Origin: Candidatus Latescibacterota bacterium
GTDB lineage: Bacteria > Latescibacterota > UBA2968 > UBA8231
Reading direction: 5' to 3'
DNA: 64,000 nt
NCBI GenBank assembly: GCA_965204725.1
Contig: OZ242005.1
Location: forward strand, 2,912,001 to 2,976,000
Numbering within the stretch: the first letter of the stretch is position 1; each line of letters opens with the position of its first letter. Positions 40,709 to 49,695 of the stretch are shown piece after piece. A model generated the notes under the pieces. It worked only from the letters and a program-made list of their open reading frames with translations, had not been told where the DNA came from and searched no databases. Both the position numbers and the translations under genes were made by a program.

Positions 40709-41968
40709 ATGACCAAGAGTATGAAATTAGCACTTCGGTTGTCGGAGTGTCGCCAGCGGCTCAACGAACTGCTTGAGGTCGAGGAATTGACCGATGAGCA
40801 GCGCAGCGAGCTTTCGGCGTTGACGCAAGAGGTGCAAAAAACGGAGCCTGAGTATCGGGCCGCGGTCGTGGCGGAGGATCGGTCTGAGGACCTTGAGACA
40901 CGCGATGACGGCGAGGGTGCTGAGTACCGTGCATTAGTTGAGCGCAGCGAGCTGGGCGCATTTATCACGGAGGCTGTGAGCGGCCGCGCGGTCGTAGGTG
41001 CAGAGGCTGAGCTTCGTAGCGCAGTCTTTGGGGATGCGGCTAGGGACGGCTTGGTGCCGTGGGAGATGCTGCTACCCAGAGAGCAAGAGGAGGAGCGGGT
41101 CGATGTGGCCACTTCGTACTCCAGCGATGTGCAGCAAAATCAGCAAACGATTATCGAGCGGGTGTTTGCTCAGTCGAGTGCTCGGTGGCTAGGGGTGGAT
41201 ATGCCTAGCGTACCGATAGGCGATGTTTCGTACCCTGTGTTTGAATCGGGTGATACGCCGACCTTGGTGGCCAAGGGTGGGGCGCACGATGCGGGCGAGG
41301 CTGTGATCACGGCCAAGACGTTGGAACCCGTGCGGCTGCAAGCGCGATACTTGTTTAGTCAAGTGGATGCCATGCGGCTTAGGGGGTTGGAAAACGCATT
41401 GCGGTCGGATGTGAGGATGGCGCTGGCGACTGAGCTGGACAATTTCGTGCTGAATGGCAACGGGACTTCGCCTCAGTGGTCGGGCTTGTACGATGACGCG
41501 GCCAGCACGGGCATTGTAGCGGCGGCCAACGCGGATGCGGTGGCGACCTACGATGACGCGGCTCAGTTGGCGGCCAAGGGGATCGATGGCAAACACGCGG
41601 CTTCGGCTATGGATGTGAAACTGTTATGGAATGTCGAGGGGTTACAGTTTGTCCATGGTCTGTTTAAGGACCAACCATTATAGCGCGGCGGATTATCTGC
41701 GTGAGAATAGCGGCGGTATTCGGGCCTCGGATCATGCGCCGGCGAAGGCGAGCAAACGGGTCAAGATCGGGTCAAGATTCTGTTGGCGCGTATGGGTATC
41801 ATGGGCGGGAACAGTGTGTGTCCTGTCTGGCAGAACCTTGAGATTTTGAGGGATCCGTACTCGGCCAGTGCTACGAATCAGGTTTCATTGACTGCGGTAG
41901 CGTTTCATTCTTTCTCGGTGCTGCGACCTGGGGCCTATCGGATCGAGAATTTGCAGATCGATGCGTAG
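40709..41968 (+). CDS. HK97-type major capsid protein, frameshifted near the 3' end
   Basis: Coiled-coil delta domain and LDNFVLNGNGTSPQWSGL; frame breaks at ~41680 and ~41770; the C-terminal ILRDPYSASATNQVSLTA...LRP is in the 41783-41968 frame. Confidence 0.85.
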
Positions 41969-41982
41969 AGAGGAGGTTTCTC

Positions 41983-42537
41983 ATGCAGGAGCTTCTTGAG
42001 CATCGCTTTATCGCGGGGATCGAATGGCGAGCGACACCCGATGGCGTGGTAGTCGAGGGGGTTGCGGTGCCGTATCGCACACCGACAGATATAGGCGGTC
42101 TATTTACAGAGCGCATCGAGGCGGGATCGTTTGGCGATGTTGCCGCGGCGGATGTGATCGCGAATGTGCAGCATCGGCGGGATCGCCCGTTGGCTCGTAC
42201 TGGACCATCGGGCGGTCTGGTGCTGTCGGATGGCCCTGAATCGCTGAGGGCGCGGTTGGTGCTCCCTGATACGACTGAGGGGCGCGACTGTGCGGTGCTG
42301 GTTCGTCAAGGCGTCTTACGCGGCTTTAGCATCGAGTTTTCGGTGAGGGATGGTGGCGAGACATGGACCGACACGGTGCGGTCTATTTCGGCGGCTGAGT
42401 TGCGCGGTCTGGCTTTAGTGGATCGCCCTGCCTATTCGGATGCTGAGATCGCTATACGTGCCAAGACCGTTAAACGGGGCAAGACTGCTAAATCGCTTGA
42501 GGGCGTCCCAGATCGGCGTAGGAGGGCGTGGCTATGA
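41983..42537 (+). CDS. HK97 family prohead protease
   Basis: EGVAVPY, FTERIEAGSF, NVQH..PLART, GFSIEF, LVDRPAY. Confidence 0.92.
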   Translation: MQELLEHRFIAGIEWRATPDGVVVEGVAVPYRTPTDIGGLFTERIEAGSFGDVAAADVIANVQHRRDRPLARTGPSGGLVLSDGPESLRARLVLPDTTEGRDCAVLVRQGVLRGFSIEFSVRDGGETWTDTVRSISAAELRGLALVDRPAYSDAEIAIRAKTVKRGKTAKSLEGVPDRRRRAWL

Positions 42538-43599
42538 TCGGGTATCCTGCGGTCTTGGCTAGGGCTTCGTACGGCGGAGAGCGGCGAAAGCGCGACCGTT
42601 TCTGGCGGAGGTGACCCTGAATGAATGCAGGATTGGCTACGCACTCGGTCGATTGCTTCGTCTGCGTTGCCCGAGGAACACTTCGCGGTCGAGGCTTCGG
42701 CTGGCTTGGTGTCGCGGGCTTTCGGTATCGCGGAGGTGTCGCCAGCGGTCCCGGGTTTGGATTCTGCTATGCTGTCGATGATCGGTCGCTCTCTGATACG
42801 CCGTGGTGAATCGCTGTGGTTGATCGAGGTGGATCCGCAGTCGGGTGTGTCGTTGATCCCTGCATCGAGCTATGACTTGGATGGCGGGGATCGGCCTGCG
42901 AGCTGGCGGTATCGGCTGGACTTACAGGGGCCTAGTCGATTGCGTACGGTACGGCGCGGCTACGAGGAGGTGCTGCACGTGCGGATCAACGCGGATGCTG
43001 CGCGGCCGTGGAAGGGTCAAGCGCCGTGGACGGCGGCGAAGCTGTCGGTCAATGTGTTGGCTCAGTTAGAAAAGTCGCTGTCGTTAGAGACGAAGATCAC
43101 CCCTGCACGGATTGTGCCCTATCCCTATCACGATCAAGAGCAAGTGACGAACTTGCGGGATGGGTTAGAGCATGGGGGCTACTTGACGGTGGCCACGGCG
43201 CAAGGGGGTATGGACGCACCGTATCCCTCTAGCTCGTTAGAGCCGCGGTCGATTGGCCCTGAGCCTTCGGATGCGTTGGTACGGCTACGGCAACAGATGG
43301 TGTCTGAGTTGTTCGGGTGCTGCGGTTGTCCACAAGAGCTATTTGGTCTTGAGGGCGGCGAGGGGAACTCGGCGCGTGAGGCCCTTCGTAGATGGCTGCA
43401 CTCTACGTTGCTACCGTGGGGGGACGTGGTGAGTCAAGAATTATCTCGTAAGCTGGATCGGCAAATCTCGTTGTCGTTTGATCGTCTTATGGCGGGGGAC
43501 ATTGCTTCTCGCGCTCGGAGCTACATGCAGTTAGTGAGCGCGGGTATGGACCTTGCGAAGGCGGCGGCCTTGACTGGTTTGTTGGTGCAGGACGACTAG
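42534..43599 (+). CDS. HK97-type portal protein, N-terminus disrupted
   Basis: SLIRRGES, EVLHVR, PWKG, FGCCGCPQELFG, WLHSTLLPW, ELSRKL; a GILRSWLGLR N-terminal stretch precedes an in-frame TGA at 42622. Confidence 0.82.
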
Positions 43600-43685
43600 G
43601 GGGCCTTGCGCGGATGGGCGCACTGCCTTATTGTCTTTTTAGTTCAGCGCCGAACTAATCGCCTTCCCGCGATTAAATCCACTGT

Positions 43686-43712
43686 GGGGGCCAACTGCCC
43701 AAGTTGGCCCCC
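43686..43712. terminator. GC-rich hairpin downstream of the portal gene
   Basis: GGGGGCCAACT-GCCCA-AGTTGGCCCCC, 11-bp stem; no clear T tract. Confidence 0.5.
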
Positions 43713-43812
43713 GAAATTAAGTGGTTCGGCGCACGGTGTGATTGTGGAGTCGAACCGTAGAACTTGGGCACAGTGTTTTTAATCAACCCGGGGTGGGAGG
43801 AAAGGCGATGAC

Positions 43813-44121
43813 GTGGAAAATTCTACGCAGCATTCTACGCAGCACAATTCAGAAGCACAGCACGATATAGTCTCAGACCCTTCGGCGGATTCTGCCGCGG
43901 CGTTTCGCACACTCGAGTCGGCTATGGTGGACGCCAATATGACGGCTACAAAGCTACGTGCTCAGCACGAGGCTTTGAAGGCTGAGGTAGAGGATTTGAA
44001 GGCTCGTTTATTGAAGCAAGACAAGTTGTATAAGTCTGCTATTGACTTGGCCAATGAACGGGCTGCGATTTTGAGGGCTGAGAATAGAGATCTAAGGGAG
44101 TGGGTTAGTGCTCTTCCTTAA
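43813..44121 (+). CDS. Small coiled-coil hypothetical protein
   Basis: GGAGG upstream; heptad pattern; 12-bp tandem repeat near the start. Confidence 0.6.
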   Translation: MENSTQHSTQHNSEAQHDIVSDPSADSAAAFRTLESAMVDANMTATKLRAQHEALKAEVEDLKARLLKQDKLYKSAIDLANERAAILRAENRDLREWVSALP

Positions 44122-44279
44122 AAATTGGCACCGTGCCCTATCTGAGCATAAGGCTAGGTGCTGACAGTGGCCATGACTGGAACCACTATAAAAACTCGAA
44201 GGTCCGCATCGCACAGCGTTAAGGAGCACCCGATTGAGTTCGGCGGGTTATTAGTCGTTCCAGTGCGGGATAAAAAACA

Positions 44280-44554
44280 ATGCCAATAACCATCATATCC
44301 ATCATTGAAATTTTAATCTCAATTATGATCTCAATGGTCAGGATGGGGCGGTTTGCCGGACACCGTTGGGGCTGCAATGCGATGCGTCGCGCAGTTACCA
44401 AAAAGTCCCGGCCAGGCATTGTTTTAGGTGAACAAATGATTTTCAATCTTTATACATTATATATGTATTTTTCGGGTTTGTCCAATGCCAATAACCATCA
44501 TATCCATCATTGAAATTTTAATCGTCAATTATAATTCTAATGGTCAGGATGGGG
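44280..44554. repeat. Two ~70-bp AT-rich direct repeats, 205-bp period
   Basis: ATGCCAATAACCATCATATCCATCATTGAAATTTTAATC...AATGGTCAGGATGGGG at 44280-44348 and 44485-44554. Confidence 0.9.
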
Positions 44555-44701
44555 TTTTTGGCAGGCGGTATATAGGTATTTGGCGGCGCGTGGCAAGGCG
44601 CGGCAAGGCATGGCCCTGCGATGCGCAAAACTCTATAAATCCAACCAAATTTGTCTCAATTTATAAGCCTGCAAGGCGCGGCATGGCGATGGTCTTAAAT
44701 A

Positions 44702-44729
44702 CGCAAATCAGTAAATTTACTGATTTGCG
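44702..44729. repeat. Perfect 28-bp palindrome
   Basis: CGCAAATCAGTAAA|TTTACTGATTTGCG with no loop. Confidence 0.95.
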
Positions 44730-44827
44730 GAAATAAGGTGCGGTATGGCGCGGCCCTGCCCTGCCTTAGCACTGAGAGACCGATGCAGGCACGTTTTGGT
44801 TTGTGCGGAAATAAGGTGCGGGCATAG

Positions 44828-44864
44828 CAACGCCCCGTCACCGGCAAGCGGCAACGGGGCGTTG
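44828..44864. terminator. Hairpin downstream of the LRR gene
   Basis: CAACGCCCCGT...ACGGGGCGTTG, 11-bp stem. Confidence 0.5.
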
Positions 44865-44900
44865 GGCGTCCTCTACTCAGAGGACGATCTACTGCATGGG

Positions 44901-45749
44901 CTATTGACTGCGATGGATCGTTACGCCAATGTTTATCAAGTATTGGATATGGTCGTCGCTTGAAATTAATTCGCCATCTAGCCCAGTGGACCAAGCAATG
45001 TTCAGATTTCTTAGGTGCAAAATTCTCAAGGCGTCCAGACAAGCGAGCGGCTTGAAATTCGTAATACCCCGGTTGGCACTTATGTTCAGATTTTCCAACT
45101 TGGTCAGCTTTTCCAAAAAAGAAATATCCGTAAGGCTGGTCCCGTTCACCTTTAGCCTAGTCAAGTCGGTCATGTCGGCGACCAACCCGCTTATTTGAGC
45201 GTCACCAAGTTGTCGGTTGGAACCTACCGACAACACTTTCAACTTGGTCAGAGTTTTCAAGGAAGAAACATCCGTAAGGCCACTTTGGTACAAGAGCAAC
45301 GTTTCCAAGTTTTCCAGACCGGCCAAAGGAGTTACATCCTCAATGCTGTTGCCGCTTAGGCTCAGATATTCCAAGCCGGTCAGACCGGCCAAAGGCGCTA
45401 CACTCGTAATGCTGTTAACCCTTAAGATCAGAGTGTCCAAGTTGGTAGCGTGCTGAAGGCCGCGCAAACTCGTAATCCCTTTGTTGCTAGCGTCAAGCAC
45501 CCGTAGGCTATCCATGTCCGCTTCTGTTGGAACCAACGGGGCATGAATGCCTAGTTTCAACATAACCGCGTCCCTTAGCTTGGTGTCGCCAAAGTCAACG
45601 TCGCGCGAAACAGTAAACGTCCCTGTGGACGTTGCCGTGCCATCGTCCGTCACGGCTTTGTTTGAAGGGCTAAAGGCCGAGGAGTCGGACGAGCACCCGA
45701 TCCACACGGCGGCGAGGCCCGACAGGGCGAACCTAAGTAGGTTTTTCAT
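44901..45749 (-). CDS. Internalin-like leucine-rich repeat lipoprotein
   Basis: Lipobox VWIG-C; cap DFGDTKLRDAV; 22-aa LRRs (LAGLTGLEYLSLSGNSIEDVTP); AAGGAG RBS. Confidence 0.92.
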   Translation of the reverse strand: MKNLLRFALSGLAAVWIGCSSDSSAFSPSNKAVTDDGTATSTGTFTVSRDVDFGDTKLRDAVMLKLGIHAPLVPTEADMDSLRVLDASNKGITSLRGLQHATNLDTLILRVNSITSVAPLAGLTGLEYLSLSGNSIEDVTPLAGLENLETLLLYQSGLTDVSSLKTLTKLKVLSVGSNRQLGDAQISGLVADMTDLTRLKVNGTSLTDISFLEKLTKLENLNISANRGITNFKPLACLDALRILHLRNLNIAWSTGLDGELISSDDHIQYLINIGVTIHRSQ

Positions 45750-45844
45750 GGTTTTCTCCTTTTAGGTTAGGCTGTGGTGAATCCACGGCCTCATTGAAGC
45801 GGACAAGGTAGTCTATGAGCATTAAAGGGTCAAGGTCAAGGCGG

Positions 45845-46574
45845 TCATTCGATTTGGTGCTGTGGATGGTCTTTATTGGGTGCTCGACTAGGCGAAATTG
45901 TGCGAATTGTGCCTTTTGTGGCTTTCCAATGGGTTTTGAGTTCGGCGATCACGTCAATTTCGGTATGGTTCGGCAATTTACTAGGGGGGGTTTGCTCATT
46001 CTCACTAGGAATCTCTGTGCTAGGTACAACCAACAGATAGTAAATTGCCGCGGCGATGGCGTAGGATGGTTTGGCGGCCCTGCATGGCTTGGCCTTGCCC
46101 TGCCCTTGCGATGCTTTGGCGGCCCTGCGTTTCTCTTTGATCACTGCGAAGGGGGTAGCGAGGTAGTCTCGTATTCTTCTTTCGGATCGGTCGATGATCT
46201 TGAGTATTTGTTCGCGGCTATCTCCTGCGCGGTCGAGGATGTGTGCGCGGTAGGCGAGGTCGATGGCGTTGTTGCCGCGGCTGATTCGGCTGTTTTTGGC
46301 ACCGTCGGCTTTTTGCTCGTTGGTCAATCGCATCCCGAGGGGGAGGTTGTCTCGGCGCATGTAGTTGAATTGGCGATTGACCCAGTGGGCTACGATGAAC
46401 CCTGCGGCTTCCTCAGAGCAATAGACGCCGCGGTGTTTGGCGAGCTGGAGGAACTCGTTGTGGTGAGGCTGTTGTGCAGGTCGGCGGCGCCGTGGGGGTG
46501 CTTGACCCAATGGCGGCATGTGTAGAGGGTGTCTTTGGCTCTGTCGCGCATCTCTTTTTTGAGGTCGGCGAAGT
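45845..46574 (-). pseudogene. C-terminal fragment of a Rep-like protein with HTH, cut at the element edge
   Basis: QKADGAKNSRISR...AGDSREQILKIIDRSERRIRDYL resembles the HTH end of ColE2-type replicases; no start inside the element; apparent frameshift near 46460. Confidence 0.45.
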
Positions 46575-46616
46575 CCGGGGCTTACTGAAAACCCCCGGCT
46601 CAAGCGATTACGCTAA
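46575..46616 (+). pseudogene. pncB: pncB C-terminal tail
   Basis: PGLTENPRLKRLR*, a typical end for this NAPRTase subfamily, followed by the AGGAGG RBS of the next operon gene. Confidence 0.75.
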
Positions 46617-46628
46617 CAGGAGGATGGT

Positions 46629-47753
46629 ATGAGATACGATTTTGGCAGTGGATGCACAGACCCCAGCTCGTTTCCAACCGAGGCACTGGCCGAGGCGGCG
46701 AGCGCGGCCGTGCGCGCACTCGGCGCGAAGCTGGTGCGCTATCCCGGCGACATGGGCCACCAAGGCTTGCGCGAGCTCATGGCCGTGCGCGAGTCGCGGC
46801 GCGAGGGCATTGACGTGTCCGCCGATCACATCGCGCTGATGAACGGCTCCATGCAGGCTGTTACGCTGGTAGCCGAGGCGCTGATGGAAGGGCCGGGCGA
46901 CGTGATCGTCACCGAGGAATTGACCTATTCTGGGACGATTGGCGCGTACAAGCGATTGGGGGCCGAGTTGGTCGGAGTGCCGCTCGACGAGCAGGGCATG
47001 CGCGTCGATGCGCTGGCCGACGTCTTGGCCAGCTTGCACCGCAAGGGCACCCGGCCGCGCTTTATCTACACTTTGGCGACCTACCAAAACCCCACCGCCG
47101 CAGTCATGCCGCGGTCGCGCCGCCTAGAGCTGCTCGAAGTGGCTCGCTACTACGAGGCCATTGTGGTGGAGGACAACTGCTATGGCGACGTGCATTTTGA
47201 GGGGCCGCAAGAGCCGGCACTCTACGCGCTCGACGACAGCCCCAACGTCCTGTACATCGGCTCGCTGTCCAAAATTTTAGGCCCCGGGGTGCGATTGGGC
47301 TATCTGCTGGCCCGGCCGCCCATGCTGGAGCGGATCCTCGACCGCCGCTACGACGGGGGCAACAGCCTGCTGGCCGCGGCGAGCTGCGAGGCCCTGTTCC
47401 GCGACCGGCTCTGGCAGCACTTGGCCGAGACCAACGCCATCCTCCGCGAAAAGCGCGACGCCGTCTTGGCCGGTCTCGCAGCCAACGCCGGCGATCTATG
47501 CACGTGGTCGCGGCCTGTGGGCGGCATGTTCACTTGGATCGAGTTTTCCGAAGCGGTGGATCGCGATCGCCTCATGGCCTTGTGCGCCGAGCGCGGCATT
47601 GTGGTGGCGCGGGGGCAGGGCTTTCACATCCGGCGCGAGGACGTGCCGGCCATCCGCCTCGCCTTTGGCTTTGCCTCGCTGGAGGCCTGCCGCCAAGGCG
47701 TGCCCCTGTTGGCCGAGTGCATCCACGAGGCGCAGGTCCCCGTAATGGTCTGA
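46629..47753 (+). CDS. PLP-dependent aminotransferase class I/II (ARO8/MocR-like)
   Basis: YQNPT, EDNCY, GSLSKILGPGVRLGY, GGMF. Confidence 0.92.
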   Translation: MRYDFGSGCTDPSSFPTEALAEAASAAVRALGAKLVRYPGDMGHQGLRELMAVRESRREGIDVSADHIALMNGSMQAVTLVAEALMEGPGDVIVTEELTYSGTIGAYKRLGAELVGVPLDEQGMRVDALADVLASLHRKGTRPRFIYTLATYQNPTAAVMPRSRRLELLEVARYYEAIVVEDNCYGDVHFEGPQEPALYALDDSPNVLYIGSLSKILGPGVRLGYLLARPPMLERILDRRYDGGNSLLAAASCEALFRDRLWQHLAETNAILREKRDAVLAGLAANAGDLCTWSRPVGGMFTWIEFSEAVDRDRLMALCAERGIVVARGQGFHIRREDVPAIRLAFGFASLEACRQGVPLLAECIHEAQVPVMV

Positions 47754-49648
47754 TGGGCCTGCCCGAAATCGCCTTGGTCCAGCTAGCGGTCAAGCCCGGG
47801 CGACCCGACCTGAACGCGGAGCGGATGCTGGCCTTTATCGAGCAGGCGCGGGCGGCGGGCGCGGAGATCGTGGTCTTTTCCGAGCTGTGCATCAGCGGCT
47901 ATATCCTCGGCGACTTGTGGGAGATAGACGCTTACGTCGAGGACTTTGCCGCGTACAGCGACGAGATTTGCCAAGCTAGCACGGGGTTGACCGTGGTCTT
48001 TGGCAACGTGGCGATAGACCCCGTCCACAAGGGCCAAGATGGCCGGCGGCGCAAGTACAACGCCGTCTATGTGTGCTCCAACGGCGCGTACGTGGTGCGC
48101 GACGCCGTGCCCGCCGGGCTGCCCTGCGGCGTCCACCCCAAAACCCTGCATCCCAACTACCGATTCTTCGACGACGACCGGCACTTCTTCTCGCTGCGCC
48201 ACCTCGCGGAAGCAGAGGGCCGGCCGCTGGAGGACTGGCTGCATCCGTACCGGGTGCGGCTCAGGGACGGGCGGGCCTTTGGCTTTGGCGTGCAACTGTG
48301 CGAGGACATCTGGTGCGAGGACTACTGCCGCAGTGGCCGGCCCCTCGACACGCTCGCGCTGTATCACCGCCGCCGCGCTGAGGCCGTATTTAACCTCTCG
48401 GCCTCGCCCTTTACTTGGCAGAAAAGCGACAAGCGCAACCGCGTGGTGCGCCAAAGACTAGCGCACTCACCCCTGCCGTTTTTCTACGTCAACCAAGTCG
48501 GGGCGCAAAACAATGGCAAGAACATCATTGTATTTGACGGCGACAGCACCGCGTACGCGGCCACTGGATCCATTGTGTGCCGCGCTCGCCCGTGGCGGGA
48601 ACAACTCGTGCTCACCAGCCGCGCCGAGGTCGCACCGCCCCAAAGCGAAGTCGAAGCCCAGTACGCCGGCCTTCTCGCTGGGTTGCGGCACTTGGACGAC
48701 GTGCGCGGCGCGGAGAGCAAGTTCCTCATTGCGACGAGCGGCGGCGTGGACTCCAGCGTGGTCTGCTGTCTGCTGGAGCGCGCCTTTGGCCCCGAGCGCG
48801 TGTTCGCGCTCAACATGCCGACGCGCTTCAACGCCGCCGTCACCCAAGACAACGCCCGCTCGCTGTGCGCCGCGCTGGGCGTTGATTACCTTTGCTGCCC
48901 GATTGAATCGCTGTACCAAGCCGTAGCGGCCCTCGTGCAAGGCGCGGAATTTTCCGCCGGCCAAGGCGAGTACACTCAATTGGTAGATGAGAACGTGCAG
49001 GCGCGCATCCGCTTTGCCGATGTGCTTTCCGGCTTGGCGGCCAAATACGGACTCGTGTTCACGTCCAACGGCAACAAGACCGAGGTCGCTTTGGGCTATG
49101 CCACGCTCTACGGCGATGTCAGCGGCGCGGTCGCGCCGATTGCCGACCTGTACAAGGTGCAAGTCTTTGCGCTGGCGCGCTTTCTCAACGAAGAAATCTA
49201 TGGCCGCCCCGTGGTGCCGGAGAATTTGCTCGATGGCTCGGTGGTGCCCAGCGCCGAGCTGTCGGAGGCGCAAGACGTGACGCAGGGCTTGGGCGATCCG
49301 ATCAAGTATGGCTACCACGACGCCGTGCTACAGCAGTTCATCGAATACCGGCGGCACAGCAGCGATCTGTTGCAGTGGTTTATCGACGGCGTGCTGCTAG
49401 AGCGGCTGGGGTGGGACGATGCGGCGCGCTTTCGGGCGTACTTTCCAGACGCGCACCGTTGGATCGAAGACCTCGAATGGGTGGAGCACCAAGTGCGGAC
49501 CAACTACTTTAAGCGGATTCAAGCACCGCCGGTCATCGTCTTGAGCAAGCGCGCCTTTGGCTTTGATTTGCGCGAGACCCAACAGCCTTTCTACGCGCCG
49601 CGCCGCTGCGAACAGCTAAAGGCCGAGGCCCTGAAGGTGCAAATTTGA
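47753..49648 (+). CDS. nadE: Glutamine-dependent NAD+ synthetase
   Basis: CN-hydrolase domain (FSELCISGY, CEDIW) plus SGGVDS, ENVQARIR, NKTE..GYATLYGD, PSAEL. Confidence 0.95.
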   Translation: MGLPEIALVQLAVKPGRPDLNAERMLAFIEQARAAGAEIVVFSELCISGYILGDLWEIDAYVEDFAAYSDEICQASTGLTVVFGNVAIDPVHKGQDGRRRKYNAVYVCSNGAYVVRDAVPAGLPCGVHPKTLHPNYRFFDDDRHFFSLRHLAEAEGRPLEDWLHPYRVRLRDGRAFGFGVQLCEDIWCEDYCRSGRPLDTLALYHRRRAEAVFNLSASPFTWQKSDKRNRVVRQRLAHSPLPFFYVNQVGAQNNGKNIIVFDGDSTAYAATGSIVCRARPWREQLVLTSRAEVAPPQSEVEAQYAGLLAGLRHLDDVRGAESKFLIATSGGVDSSVVCCLLERAFGPERVFALNMPTRFNAAVTQDNARSLCAALGVDYLCCPIESLYQAVAALVQGAEFSAGQGEYTQLVDENVQARIRFADVLSGLAAKYGLVFTSNGNKTEVALGYATLYGDVSGAVAPIADLYKVQVFALARFLNEEIYGRPVVPENLLDGSVVPSAELSEAQDVTQGLGDPIKYGYHDAVLQQFIEYRRHSSDLLQWFIDGVLLERLGWDDAARFRAYFPDAHRWIEDLEWVEHQVRTNYFKRIQAPPVIVLSKRAFGFDLRETQQPFYAPRRCEQLKAEALKVQI

Positions 49649-49695
49649 ACGAGACCCGGAACCACGAACCAACAGCCTCCAAAGGAGCTTGTATT

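Larger units (their letters stand above)
37459..46574. mobile_element. Capsid-encoding satellite or defective prophage-like element inserted in pncB
   Basis: TerL, HNH, MCP, prohead protease and portal; G+T-rich + strand; bounded by the pncB head and tail; no integrase, tail genes or att repeats seen. Confidence 0.85.

Noticed and set aside
44280-44736. Two small MPITIISIIEIL ORFs as paralogous peptides
   Set aside because: No RBS; the similarity comes from the DNA repeat and the frames diverge after a 1-bp indel.
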